NCBI GenBank assembly: GCA_963692865.2
Contig: OY843592.1
Location: 992,001-1,056,000 of the forward strand
Direction: 5' to 3'
Length of the DNA stretch: 64,000 nt
Source: a bacterium
GTDB lineage: Bacteria; UBA8248
The position numbers and the translations under genes are program-made. Shown piece after piece: positions 1-10,329 of this stretch; positions within the stretch are counted from its first letter, which is position 1, and each line of letters opens with the position of its first letter. A model generated the notes under the pieces. It was not told the origin of the DNA, searched no databases, and saw only the letters and a list, made by a program, of their open reading frames with translations.

Positions 1-681
1 GTGCAGAAAAGTGGCATGGATGCCGCCCGCCGTACCGGCGAAGAAGGCGCTGCCGACGAACACGCTGACCTTCACGGCGGTGGTGTTGACCGCGAGACCG
101 CTCGCCGCGGCCTCGTCTTCGCGTACGGCGATCAGCGACAGGCCGAAGTAGGAGCGGGCGAAGAACATGGTCGCCAGCACGATGCAGACCGCGAGGAGGA
201 AGATGGCGTAGTACTTCTGGTTCAGGTTTCCCGCAAGGACGGGCATGCCGGCGCCGCCTCGCGTCAGCGGCGTCAGGTACTTCGTGGATATGAGCACCCT
301 GGCTCCCTCGGACAGCGCCAGCATGGAGATCGCGAAATAGGCCCCGCGAATGCGCAGCAACGGATAGCCAATCACCGCCGCGACGAGGGCGGAGGCGAGC
401 CCGCCCGTCAGGTAGCCCGGGATCAATCCCATTTTGAAGTCGACGAAGCCGATCACCGATGCGTACATGCCGAGTCCGACGAACAGGACGAAGCCGAAAT
501 TGATATAGCCGGAAAAGCCGGAGAAGAAGTTCCAGGCGCCGGCCAGGCAGGTGTAGTAGAGGATCAGGAACAGCAGGGAGATCGCCGCCGGGCTCAGATA
601 GAGCGGCGCAGTAGCCGCGAGGACCGCGTAGGCGATGAGGCCCACGGCGCCGACGATGGGAATCGCGCGTCTCCAGGTCAT
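1..681 (-). CDS. livM: Branched-chain amino acid ABC transporter permease (LivM-like), 3' end runs off the window
   Basis: Not in ORF track. Manual translation from ATG at 681 gives MTWRRAIPIVGAVGLIAY...AWNFFSGFSGYINFGFVLFVGLGMY, a hydrophobic LivM-type N-terminus directly downstream of livH. Confidence 0.85.
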   Translation of the reverse strand, partial: MTWRRAIPIVGAVGLIAYAVLAATAPLYLSPAAISLLFLILYYTCLAGAWNFFSGFSGYINFGFVLFVGLGMYASVIGFVDFKMGLIPGYLTGGLASALVAAVIGYPLLRIRGAYFAISMLALSEGARVLISTKYLTPLTRGGAGMPVLAGNLNQKYYAIFLLAVCIVLATMFFARSYFGLSLIAVREDEAAASGLAVNTTAVKVSVFVGSAFFAGTAGGIHATFLH

Positions 682-688
682 GGCCGGT

Positions 689-1564
689 TCAATCCTCCAC
701 CCCGTAGCCGAGCAGGCCTCGCCGCCGGACGGCCAGAATCAGCACGATGATCAGGTAAGGGAGTACCTGCGCCATGCGCGTCGTAAGAAAATGGGTGCCG
801 ACGCTCTCGACGATGCCGAAGATGTAGGCCCCCAGAAACGCGCCGGGCAGACTCCCGAGTCCGCCGATGACGACGATGGCGAAGGCCTTGGCCACGTATA
901 TCAACCCCATTTGCGGATAAATCGTCCACACCATCGCCACCATGGTTCCGCAGGCGCCCGCGAGCGCGATGCCGAGGCCGAAGGTCACCGCCATGACCTG
1001 CTTGACGTCGATGCCGCAGGCTTGCGCCAGGTTCCGGTTCTGTGCGGTGGCTCGGATGGCCTCGCCGTATGCCGTGAATCGGAGGAGGGCGAAGAAAACG
1101 GCGAGCAGAAGCAGCGCCAGAGCGAAGGCGACGAGATATATCTTGCTGGTGGTGAGAAATCCGAGCGTGACCGGTTCGCTCAGATAGTCGACCGAACGAA
1201 AGGTCGGCGTGAAGCTCACCTCCGCCGTGTTCCACAGGATCATGGATATCCCGAAGGTCAGCATCATCGGCGGCATCAGCCCGCGGATGGCGACGACGTT
1301 GATCAGGAGATGACCCAACCCGAAGCCGATGGCGAAGAGCACCGCTATGCTGAGGGGCAGCGCCAACAGCGGATTCAGGCCGAGGAAAGACCAGGCCCCG
1401 AAAGTGGTGAAGGCGCCGAGCATCACGAATTCGCCGTGGGCCGCGTTTACGACCCCGCAGACGCCGAAGATCAGGCTCAGACCGATGGCCACCAGTGCGT
1501 ACATCGTCCCCAGGATGATCCCGAACGCGATCAACTCACCGAGGGCGCCGAGGGTTTCGAACAT
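689..1564 (-). CDS. livH: Branched-chain amino acid ABC transporter permease (LivH-like)
   Basis: YALVAIGLSLIFGVCGVVNAAHGEF, G.AIRA.AQN and VVIGGLGS motifs; start taken at ATG 1564 (MFETLG). Confidence 0.9.
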   Translation of the reverse strand: MFETLGALGELIAFGIILGTMYALVAIGLSLIFGVCGVVNAAHGEFVMLGAFTTFGAWSFLGLNPLLALPLSIAVLFAIGFGLGHLLINVVAIRGLMPPMMLTFGISMILWNTAEVSFTPTFRSVDYLSEPVTLGFLTTSKIYLVAFALALLLLAVFFALLRFTAYGEAIRATAQNRNLAQACGIDVKQVMAVTFGLGIALAGACGTMVAMVWTIYPQMGLIYVAKAFAIVVIGGLGSLPGAFLGAYIFGIVESVGTHFLTTRMAQVLPYLIIVLILAVRRRGLLGYGVED

Positions 1565-1693
1565 GCCGGGTTTCCCAAACGATGGGTGGTTGGCCGAAGC
1601 CGGCGACTCGGTGCAGCCGCCGTGAGCCCGCATCGAGGCGAACTCACGGCGACAGGCAACGGTTCCGCCAGGGGGCGCTTGCGCCTACATCGC

Positions 1694-2983
1694 CTACATG
1701 GCTTCCCACTTGAACGGGTGTTTGAACTTGGCGGTGGCGATCTTGCTCGGGAAGATCACCTCCGGCGCCACCTTGCCGTTCTTGAGCTGGTTCTGCAAAG
1801 CGAGTCGCGTGCCGCCGACCTGCAGTCCGGAGTCGGCATGGCCCAGCGGGTTCACCCGGAAGCGTCCGAACACGGTGGCGCGGTCGAGCGAGAACATGAC
1901 GTCGCGGATCGCCGAGCGATTCTCCACCGATCCGGCGCGTTTGACCGCTTCCTCGAGAATCTGACAGCCGCCGTATCCGGCCGCCGCGAGCCAGTCGGGC
2001 GCCTTGTTGTACTCCTTGGCAAAGGCGTCGACGAACTTCTTGTTGCCGGGCCAGTCGGCCGTCGGGAGCCATTCGGTGTCGCTGCAATGCCAGGCCGCGT
2101 TCTTGCCAAGCGCCTGATTGAAATCCACGTGGCCGAGAGCGGACATGTACCAGATCGCCTTGGGCGCCCATTTCAACGAGAGGGCGGCCTTGGCAATCAG
2201 GATGGAGTCGGCCGAGTAGCCGCCGCCGCAGAGGACCTCGGCGCCGGCGGCCCGGGCCTTGCGGACCAGCGGCACCATGTCTTGGATCCCGATGGGATAG
2301 GCCTCGTCGAGGACAAGGTCGAGGCCCGCGGCCAGGATCCGCTTGCGCACGCCCTCCGCCGCGGCGATCGGCATCGCGTCGTCGATGTGCAGCAGGGCGA
2401 CCTTCTTCATCCCGGCGTTCTTGCACATCACCTCCATGCCGGCGAAGCGGTCGCGGCTCGGGACCATGAGCTGCACCTGCCAGTTGAGCTTTTGGCCCAG
2501 CCAGATCTTCTGGCTGGAGGCGGTGGCGCTGACGGTAGGAATCTTCGCCGCGGCGACGATGGGCCGCACCGCCAGGTTGATGGAGCTGGCGTAGGGGCCG
2601 AGCAGCAGGTCGACCTTCTGGTTGTGGATGAGATGAAGCATGAGCCGCGCGCCCTGGGTGGGGTCGCTCGTATCGTCGAGAACGGTCAACTCGACCTTGC
2701 GCCCGTCGATGAGCCCGGGCCCGCTGTGAGGAAGCTTCTCGTTGCCGTAGCTGAACCCCTTCTCGTTGATGTGCTTGGCCCATAGCTTGTAGCCTTCGAC
2801 GCAGTAGAGCGCCTCGCGGGAATACCGCCCGGTGAGCGGCATCGGGCAGCCGATCTTGATGGGCTTGGATGCAGCAAGGCCAGACTTCAGGATTCCAGGC
2901 GCCGCCAGGGTACTGAGGCCGGCCACCGAACCAGCGGTCGAATACTTCAGGAACTCGCGTCTCGTGATCGTGCTCTTGGACAT
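1694..2983 (-). CDS. LivJ/LivK-family ABC substrate-binding protein with Tat signal
   Basis: TRREFLK twin-arginine signal; IKIGCPMPLTG and DDTSDP motifs; upstream of livHM. Confidence 0.88.
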   Translation of the reverse strand: MSKSTITRREFLKYSTAGSVAGLSTLAAPGILKSGLAASKPIKIGCPMPLTGRYSREALYCVEGYKLWAKHINEKGFSYGNEKLPHSGPGLIDGRKVELTVLDDTSDPTQGARLMLHLIHNQKVDLLLGPYASSINLAVRPIVAAAKIPTVSATASSQKIWLGQKLNWQVQLMVPSRDRFAGMEVMCKNAGMKKVALLHIDDAMPIAAAEGVRKRILAAGLDLVLDEAYPIGIQDMVPLVRKARAAGAEVLCGGGYSADSILIAKAALSLKWAPKAIWYMSALGHVDFNQALGKNAAWHCSDTEWLPTADWPGNKKFVDAFAKEYNKAPDWLAAAGYGGCQILEEAVKRAGSVENRSAIRDVMFSLDRATVFGRFRVNPLGHADSGLQVGGTRLALQNQLKNGKVAPEVIFPSKIATAKFKHPFKWEAM

Positions 2984-3603
2984 TTCTTGTTCCTCCCTGA
3001 TGGGTGCGATCGGACCGTTACGCCATGCGGGTCATCCCCGACGGGAGTTCGAGCGTGCGAGATCGCGAGCAGACGATCTCTCACGCCGCAATTCAAACGC
3101 CGGGCGGTTCGTTACGCCCCGCACGATGGATTAAAAAGCCAGTATGGATAAGACATGGTACCACCGGGACCCCACCGAAGCAAACGATAGCGGCCGAGGC
3201 CAAGTGAAGGCACGGACGATCAACACCAACTTGTAGAACTTTTGCGCCCGATTGACCTGTCATATTCCCGGTGATACATTCATCGCTTCTCATATCATTA
3301 TACTTTTGACCACGCCATCAAAGATCCACCTGCGATTTCCGAACCGTGAAAAGGGGTTCTTGATGAACGCGAAATACGCGTGGTTCTTATCGGCCCATCG
3401 CGCCGGTGACGATCCCGTATCCAGTTACAAAACACCCGGGCGCGAATCCGCCGCCGGATACCTTTCGAAGGGGAGTTTTTGGCGTTCCCATGCGCCGTCG
3501 ATACGCCGGCGCAGTGGAATACACATCCGGGAAGCCTGACAAAGACGCGGAAGGCGCCGATGCGCTTTCCTTTCCTTAAACCGAGAAACAGGGGAGGTGT
3601 ACC

Positions 3604-4641
3604 ATGTGGCGTAATCGAATCAGCAGGAGGAGTCTCGTTCAAAACCGAACCGTCAGAGCTGGCGGGTGGCTCCTGGCCTTGGCAGTATTCGGCTTTGTCG
3701 CAGCTCTCTCGACCCCCGTATTCGCCATGGAAAAGCAGCTTACCTTCATGTCGGGCGGTGCGAAGGGTTCCTGGTACCGCTACCTGACCGCGATGAGCGA
3801 GTGCATGCGGAAGAACAGCGACATCAAGGTCACCGTCGTCCCGACGTCTGGCGGCATGGAAGCGTTCAGTAAACTCCAGGCTGGCAAGGCTGACGCAGGG
3901 TTCACCTTCCAGACCGTGGCTTTTCCGGCCTGGGCCGGCAAGGGACGCTGGAAGGGTAAGAAGCTCCAGAATCTGCGCGCGGTCGGCTTCGGGATTTCCT
4001 CTTCGATATTCCACTTCGTCGTTCTGAAAAGCTCCGGCATCAAGAAACTGGCCGATTTGAGCGGAAAGAAGTTTTCGCCGTGTCCCATCGGCACCACCTG
4101 CTACGCATCGGTCGGCTCCTTTCTCAGACATATCGGCTTGTACAAGAAGATCAAGGTGAGCAACCTTTCCCACGGCGAGCAGGTCAGCTACCTGAAGGAC
4201 GGCAAGATCGACGGCTACGCCTTACAGGGCGGTCTTCCGAACCCCTCGGTAACCGAGGCGGCCCTGACCCGGCCCGTCCGGCTGATCAGCATCGATCAGG
4301 GGGTGGATTTCAGCGGTTTCCTGAAAGAGTTTCCCGGCTTCGAGCCCACGACGATCCCGAAAGGAACCTACAAGGGCGTGGACTATGACGTGGCCACCAT
4401 GGGCCTGAGCGGCGTTCTGGTGGCGAACAAGAACACATCGCCGGATCTGATTTACGAAATGACCAAGACGGTCTGGGGCAAGGCCTGCGTCGGCTACCTG
4501 ACCAAGAACAACCGCGGCCTGGCCGCTCTCAAGAGCGCCAATCCGACCGAAGGGCTGGTGATTCCGGTTCATCCGGGAGCCGCGCGGTACTGGAAGGAAA
4601 GAGGTATCAAGAACATGGCGCCTGCCGAGGGTTCGATGTAA
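3604..4641 (+). CDS. TAXI-family TRAP solute-binding protein
   Basis: GGAKGSWY, LKDGKIDG, IPKGTYKG and C-terminal IPVHPGAARYWKE TAXI signature; SD GGGGAGG upstream. Confidence 0.9.
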   Translation: MWRNRISRRSLVQNRTVRAGGWLLALAVFGFVAALSTPVFAMEKQLTFMSGGAKGSWYRYLTAMSECMRKNSDIKVTVVPTSGGMEAFSKLQAGKADAGFTFQTVAFPAWAGKGRWKGKKLQNLRAVGFGISSSIFHFVVLKSSGIKKLADLSGKKFSPCPIGTTCYASVGSFLRHIGLYKKIKVSNLSHGEQVSYLKDGKIDGYALQGGLPNPSVTEAALTRPVRLISIDQGVDFSGFLKEFPGFEPTTIPKGTYKGVDYDVATMGLSGVLVANKNTSPDLIYEMTKTVWGKACVGYLTKNNRGLAALKSANPTEGLVIPVHPGAARYWKERGIKNMAPAEGSM

Positions 4642-4666
4642 ATCGGGCGGGTGATATGCTTAGATG

Positions 4667-4788
4667 GAGGGGGAGGACACACAGGTCCTCTCCTACAGAA
4701 CCGCGTTTTACGTAGCCGGACAGGCGCAGGGGCCTGTCCGGGGACCTCAGTGTCCGCCCGCTCTTGAGACAGGCTTTTCACCAATCCC
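4667..4788. repeat. Cluster of REP-like palindromes
   Basis: GGAGGACACACAGGTCCTCTCCTAC and GGACAGGCGCAGGGGCCTGTCC (the latter repeated at ~14132-14153); degenerate TIR-like end CTTTTCACCAATCCC. Confidence 0.65.
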
Positions 4789-4855
4789 CTGCGGGGAGAT
4801 TGATGAAGGCGGTGATTGTGGGCCTGCGGGACCGGAGAGGGCGGAGCCTTGTGCG

Positions 4856-5950
4856 ATGAGTTTTGAGAGAAAGACACTCGGGGTCGCCGTCATCGGCGCG
4901 GGGCGCATGGGGACCCACCGCGCCCGGATGGCGTCCAAACACCCCGCGGTCCGCTTCCTGGCCGTTTCCGATCTGGATCCCGCCCGGGCAAAGGCGCTGG
5001 GCGAGGAGGTGGGAGCGCATTTCACCACGGGCGACAACGAGGAGGCGATATCCCACCCCGACGTCAACGCCGTCATCGTGTCCACCCCCGAACCCAGGCA
5101 CGTCGAGCCGATTCTGCAGACCATCGAGCGCGGAAAACGCGTCGTGGTCGAGACGCCCCTGGCCTTGAGCCTGGGTGATGCGGACACGCTCATAGAGGCC
5201 TCCTCAAGCAGCGGCATCGAACTGCACGTGAACTACAGCAAGCGTTACTCGCGTCACTACTTCCTCGGCAAGGAGCAGGTCGTGGAAGGCCGCCTGGGGC
5301 GGATCCTGGGCGGAACGGCCCGGGTGTACAATTCACGCGCGCAGGCCTTCGAGATACTGAAACGCACGGACGAGGTCACACCGGTGGTCGACGTGCTCGT
5401 CTACTCGGTGGACATGATTTGCTGGCTCATGGAGGGGATCCGCCCCGTGGAGGTTTTCGCCCGCGGCCACGGGGTCGTTTTCGAGGAAGCCGGCTACCCC
5501 GGGATCGACGATACGACCTGGGCGATTCTCACGTTCGAGGACGGGGCCGTCTTCAGCCTGGGAATCTGTTACGCCCTGCCCTACAAATATCCCACACTGG
5601 GGCAAGGCACCCGCCTGGAAGTCATCGGCAAGGAGGGGGTCCTGCTTTTCGACGAGGACAAGAAGGAGAACCTCCTCTATACGGAAAAGGGATATCCGCA
5701 CGTGTATGTCCCCGACCATCACATCAACACCGCGTTCCTGGGAACCAACTCTGCGGGCGACTGGGCGCTCGATCATATGTTCGGGCCCGTCGCCCACGAG
5801 ACCCGCGCCTGGCTCGATTACCTCTCGACGGGGAATCCCTGCCTGCATCCGACCGCCAGAGAGGCGCGGCAGACCCTGGAAATCACCCTCGCGATCGACG
5901 AATCCGCCCGGACCGGAAGGGCGATCGAACTGCCCGCGAGAGTCATCTGA
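4856..5950 (+). CDS. Gfo/Idh/MocA family NAD(P)-dependent oxidoreductase
   Basis: VAVIGAGRMG Rossmann motif, VIVSTP..H, and ETP at the EKP position; start moved to ATG 4856 because the longer ORF runs into repeats. Confidence 0.88.
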   Translation: MSFERKTLGVAVIGAGRMGTHRARMASKHPAVRFLAVSDLDPARAKALGEEVGAHFTTGDNEEAISHPDVNAVIVSTPEPRHVEPILQTIERGKRVVVETPLALSLGDADTLIEASSSSGIELHVNYSKRYSRHYFLGKEQVVEGRLGRILGGTARVYNSRAQAFEILKRTDEVTPVVDVLVYSVDMICWLMEGIRPVEVFARGHGVVFEEAGYPGIDDTTWAILTFEDGAVFSLGICYALPYKYPTLGQGTRLEVIGKEGVLLFDEDKKENLLYTEKGYPHVYVPDHHINTAFLGTNSAGDWALDHMFGPVAHETRAWLDYLSTGNPCLHPTAREARQTLEITLAIDESARTGRAIELPARVI

Positions 5951-6003
5951 GAATCCCCCGCTCAACTTATGACGCCCTTGATCCCCTGCGAGCCATGCCT
6001 TAA

Positions 6004-6237
6004 GGGGTTGTTGAGAAAGCCTCGTTGGGAGGACATCGTTTCTACCCCCTCCCCGATGCGGGAGGGCTTGCCGGGCGACGGGGAAGAGGCGATCCTCCCG
6101 CATCAATCGGACTTTCATCTTGTAGGGGCCGCATATATGCGGCCCATGACTGGGCGGCAAAAAAGGCCGGGTCGCATGTATGCGACCCCTACAAACCCCC
6201 CAAATTCCCCCTGTCAGGGGGCTTTTTCAGCGGCCCC
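6004..6237. mobile_element. MITE-like element carrying an inverted GTAG-REP pair
   Basis: TIRs GGGGTTGTTGAGAAA ... TTTTTCAGCGGCCCC; flanks CTTAA/CTCAA (4/5 duplication); interior GTAGGGGCCGCATATATGCGGCCC ... GGGTCGCATGTATGCGACCCCTAC. Confidence 0.75.
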
Positions 6238-6253
6238 CTCAAGAGCGTAGGGG

Positions 6254-8206
6254 ATGGAGAAAGCAGCCGTGCGCGATGACGCCCCCAAAAGCAATTGGCT
6301 CGACCGCTTCGTCACCCGGACGACGGCCATTCCACTGCCCCGCGACTTGCACTCGAAGGCGCTTCGCGCCGTCGTCATGCTGGTTTCCGTCGCGTTTTCC
6401 CTGCTCTATATCTACTATGCCGGGTTCGGGTATTTCTCGCCCGAGAGCTTCATCTCCGGGTATCTGGGGTTCACCTTCGTCCTGGTTTTCATCCTTTTCC
6501 CCGGATCGGACAAATCGCCTCGCGACCGCATTACCGCAGTCGACGGGATTTTGGTATTGAGCACCATCGCGGTCACCTACCATTACAACGTCTACTTCCC
6601 GATCCGCTACATCGAGCGATTCGGCGAGGCGCTCGTTCACGACGTGGTTTTCGGCATCATGGCCATCGTTCTGGCGCTGGAGGCCTGCCGCCGCACGCTG
6701 GGTCCCGCCCTCCCGCTGATCTCGCTCGCCCTGATCGGATATTCCCTTTTCGGCCCCTACTTTCCGGGTCATCTGACGCATCAGGGAATCAGCGTCTGGG
6801 ATACCGCGGCATGGCTGTACAGCAACCAGTCGATCTACGGCGTCATCACGCGGATCTTTGCGAGTTTCGTGTTTCTCTTCATCGTGTTCGGCGCGATTCT
6901 GGAGATGTCGGGAGGCAAGGAGCTCTTCCTCAATCTCCCGCTCTCCATCATCGGGCGCACACGGGGAGGATCGGCGAAGCTCAGCGCCGTGGCGAGCGCG
7001 CTCTTCGGCATGATATCCGGGAGCCCCACGGCGAACATCGTGGGCACCGGGACGCTCACCATCCCGCTGATGAAAAGATCCGGGTTCCCGCCGCACGTGT
7101 CGGCCGCTTTCGAGGCCACGGCCTCGACCATCGGCGTGACCATGCCCCCGTTGATGGGCGCGGCCATATTCCTCATGGCGGATTTCACAGGAATTCCCTA
7201 TCTGGAAATCGTCAAGGTATCCATACTGCCGTCGCTGTTGTTCATGCTCTCCCTCCTGGCCGTGGCCCACATGTACGCCAGGAAGGCGGGCATCGAGGGG
7301 TTGCCGCCCGAGGAGTTGGGGGATCCCTGGGAGATACTCAAAAACTACTGGACCTTCGCGATTCCCCTGGGTCTCATATTCTACATGCTCGGCTCAGGTT
7401 ATAGCCCGGATTACGCCGTGTTCGTCGCCATTCTGGGCGTGGCGGGGGCGAGTCTCCTTTCCAGGCACACGCGCCTGACGATCCCCCAATGGGCGAAAAT
7501 CCTCGAGGTCGGCGCCCGGAGATCGCTCACCGTCGGCGGACTGGCCGGATGCTTGGGCATCATCATCGGGATCGTGTTCAGAACGGGAATCGGAACCAAG
7601 CTCTCGATCCTCGTGGTCGACCTGTCCGGCGGATATCTCATTCTCGCCGTTTTGCTGACCGCCCTGGTGACGTTCGTGCTGGGGATGGGCGTCTCTTCCA
7701 TCACGGCAGACTACCTCCTCCTTTCGGTGCTGATAGCTCCTGCCCTGATCGAACTCGGCGCGACGCCGATGGCGGCCCACCTTTTGATCATCTGGTATTC
7801 GCAGACTTCGAATCTGACGCCGCCGGTCTGCGGCGGCGCCTTCACCGCGGCCGCCATAGCTGGCGCGCATCCCTGGCGGACAGGGTTTTTCGCCTTCCGA
7901 ATCGGGCTGTTCATCTACCTCATTCCCGTCGCTTTCGTTTTCGGCGACCTCCTGAATCCGGGGCTGAACCTCCCCTTCTTCTGGACGCTGTTGACGGCGT
8001 CCCTCTCGGCGGTCTGCTTCGGCGGCGCCGTCATTGGCTACCTGGCGAGTCCCTTGAATATGTGGCAGAGGTTCCTGCTCGCGGCGGCGACGATCGCCTT
8101 GTTCGAACCGCACCTGCTCCTGGATTTCATCGGCATGGTTCTCCTGGCGGTGGTGGCAGTGTGGCAAACTCTTGGTAGAAGGCAGGCGAACCGGGAGGCC
8201 GCTTGA
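6254..8206 (+). CDS. TRAP transporter 4TM/12TM fused permease (TAXI type)
   Basis: GGSAK, FGMISGSPTAN..GTG.LTIPLMKRSGF, EATAST...MPPLMGAA, LTPPV motifs. Confidence 0.92.
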   Translation: MEKAAVRDDAPKSNWLDRFVTRTTAIPLPRDLHSKALRAVVMLVSVAFSLLYIYYAGFGYFSPESFISGYLGFTFVLVFILFPGSDKSPRDRITAVDGILVLSTIAVTYHYNVYFPIRYIERFGEALVHDVVFGIMAIVLALEACRRTLGPALPLISLALIGYSLFGPYFPGHLTHQGISVWDTAAWLYSNQSIYGVITRIFASFVFLFIVFGAILEMSGGKELFLNLPLSIIGRTRGGSAKLSAVASALFGMISGSPTANIVGTGTLTIPLMKRSGFPPHVSAAFEATASTIGVTMPPLMGAAIFLMADFTGIPYLEIVKVSILPSLLFMLSLLAVAHMYARKAGIEGLPPEELGDPWEILKNYWTFAIPLGLIFYMLGSGYSPDYAVFVAILGVAGASLLSRHTRLTIPQWAKILEVGARRSLTVGGLAGCLGIIIGIVFRTGIGTKLSILVVDLSGGYLILAVLLTALVTFVLGMGVSSITADYLLLSVLIAPALIELGATPMAAHLLIIWYSQTSNLTPPVCGGAFTAAAIAGAHPWRTGFFAFRIGLFIYLIPVAFVFGDLLNPGLNLPFFWTLLTASLSAVCFGGAVIGYLASPLNMWQRFLLAAATIALFEPHLLLDFIGMVLLAVVAVWQTLGRRQANREAA

Positions 8207-8252
8207 AGTTTTTGGATATGGCTGAACCAATGCTCCGTGGAGGATATATCGG

Positions 8253-10295
8253 TTGTTTACGTTAGGCGTCGACATCGGTGGCACGTTTACAGACCTCGTG
8301 GCTATCGACCCCGAGCGCGGCGAGGTGCGGACGGGAAAGATCCCCTCGGTTTCGGACGAACCCGCAAGCGCCATCCTGGCGTGCCTGGGCGACCTCGGGC
8401 TCGAAGACGAGGAACTGGAGCGGATGATTCATGGAACCACCGTCGCCACCAATGCGCTCCTGGAGCGGCGCGGGGCCGTTACGGCGCTGGTGACCACGCG
8501 CGGGTTCCGGGACGTCACCGAAATCGGAAGGTGCCGGCGGCTGGTCGAGGGCGGCATGTTCCACATCGGGTTCCGCCGCCCGCCGTCCCTGGTTCCCCGA
8601 AACCTTCGCGAGGAGGTGGACGAGCGACTTCGGGCGAACGGGGGCGCCGAAGCCCCGCCCCGGCCGGAAGAGTTCCAGAATGTAGTGGAAAATTTGAAGC
8701 GAGAAGGGGTCGAGGCGGTGGCGGTATGTTTTCTTCACTCCTACGAGAATCCGGATCACGAAGAAGCCGTCGGGGAGTGGTTGCGGGACAGGCTCGGACC
8801 AGATGTCTACATCTCGCTATCGAGCACGGTGAACCCCCAGTACCGCGAGTTCGAGCGGTTCTCCACAACGGTGGTGAACGCCTATGTCGGCCCGGCGGTG
8901 GGGCGGTATCTCTCGAAGCTCAGAGACGGCGATATCGGGAAACTGGACAACGCGAGCATTTACATCATGGGCTCGGCGGGCGGCGTGATGGATATCGACA
9001 CGGCGGAGGACTTTCCGGTACGGACCATCTTTTCAGGCCCTGCAGGCGGGGTCACCGCGGGGCGCTATATCTCCGAGGAACTCGAACTGCCGAACCTCAT
9101 CACCTGCGACATGGGTGGGACGAGCGCTGACGTCGCCCTGCTCCTCCGCGACCGGATTCTTTACGCCAGGGATGCCGTCATCTCGGGGGTACCCGTCCGC
9201 GCCGCCCAGCTCGAGATAAAAACCGTTGGTGCAGGAGCCGGGAGCATCGTGTGGCTCGATGTAGACGGGGCGCTTTGCGTGGGACCCAGAAGCGCAGGTT
9301 CCTCACCGGGTCCCGCCTGTTATGGATTCGGGGGAGAGGAGCCCACCGTCACCGACGCGAACGTCATCCTGAACCGGATCGGAGACGGCGCCCTTCTCGG
9401 CGGGAAAATAAGGGTGGACGCCTCGCTGGCGCGTGAGGCGATGGCCCCGGTGCGGGACAGGCTCGATTTTGGCTCGCTCGAGGAACTGGCCGAAGGGGCA
9501 CTTAAAATTCTCGTGGCCCGGACGGTCCGGCTCATCCGCGAGATCTCGCTCGAACGGGGATTCGACCCGCGCGAATTCGCTTTCGTGGCCTTTGGCGGAG
9601 CAGGTCCCATGCACGCCACGGCCATCGCGGATGAACTCGATATGGAAACGGTCGTGGTTCCGGCTCACCCGGGGAATTTTTCCGCCCTGGGGCTCGTGAT
9701 GGCGAAGATGCGCCGGGATGCGACCGCCACCTACCTCGAACGCTCCTCCACCCTCGATCTGGCGGACTTGCGCGGGCGGCTCGCCGAGATGGCGAAGGGG
9801 GTCGAGAATCGCCTCCTTGCCGACGGCGTAGGGGAGGAGAGCATCTCCTTGTCGATTTTTCTGGAGATGCGCTGCTTAGGCCAAGCGCACGAGATTCCCG
9901 TTCCCTTAGGTTCGTCTCCGGAGCGGGTGGACCTGCCGGCCATCGAGGACGCCTTTGATAAGATCTATGCGGAACGCTACGGCCGCAACCCGGACCCCGC
10001 AACCGAATGGGAGGTCATCTCGATCCAGATCATCGGCGAGGGAGAGGTTCAGGCGTATTCGACTGAAGCCTGGCGGGCTAAAAGCAGGGGCGGCAAGGGC
10101 CCCAGGGAGGTGCGGAAAGTATGGTTTGAGGGGAAGTGGCGCGAAACTTGCGTATATGATCGAAACGAGGTCGGGCCTGGAACGACCGTGGAAGGTCCCG
10201 CCATTATAGAGGAGAGCGGAGCCACGACGGTGATTCCTCCCGGGTGGCGCGCTGAGACTCACGCGAGCGGGCATATCCTGCTGCGGCGCCGATAG
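8253..10295 (+). CDS. Hydantoinase/5-oxoprolinase subunit A (ATP-dependent lactamase alpha subunit)
   Basis: GVDIGGTFTD, HGTTVATNALLE, SGPAGG, DMGGTS, PGPACYG, AFGGAGPMHA motifs. Confidence 0.93.
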   Translation: MFTLGVDIGGTFTDLVAIDPERGEVRTGKIPSVSDEPASAILACLGDLGLEDEELERMIHGTTVATNALLERRGAVTALVTTRGFRDVTEIGRCRRLVEGGMFHIGFRRPPSLVPRNLREEVDERLRANGGAEAPPRPEEFQNVVENLKREGVEAVAVCFLHSYENPDHEEAVGEWLRDRLGPDVYISLSSTVNPQYREFERFSTTVVNAYVGPAVGRYLSKLRDGDIGKLDNASIYIMGSAGGVMDIDTAEDFPVRTIFSGPAGGVTAGRYISEELELPNLITCDMGGTSADVALLLRDRILYARDAVISGVPVRAAQLEIKTVGAGAGSIVWLDVDGALCVGPRSAGSSPGPACYGFGGEEPTVTDANVILNRIGDGALLGGKIRVDASLAREAMAPVRDRLDFGSLEELAEGALKILVARTVRLIREISLERGFDPREFAFVAFGGAGPMHATAIADELDMETVVVPAHPGNFSALGLVMAKMRRDATATYLERSSTLDLADLRGRLAEMAKGVENRLLADGVGEESISLSIFLEMRCLGQAHEIPVPLGSSPERVDLPAIEDAFDKIYAERYGRNPDPATEWEVISIQIIGEGEVQAYSTEAWRAKSRGGKGPREVRKVWFEGKWRETCVYDRNEVGPGTTVEGPAIIEESGATTVIPPGWRAETHASGHILLRRR

Positions 10296-10329
10296 GACGA
10301 GCAAAGGCGAGATTCACTCCCGCTTTGAG

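Noticed and set aside
635-2785. Long antisense or alternative-frame ORFs (e.g. 635-2785 +, 26914-29277 +, 40194-42500 -, 53424-55244 +)
   Set aside because: They shadow well-supported genes, carry no motifs, and are expected in high-GC DNA.
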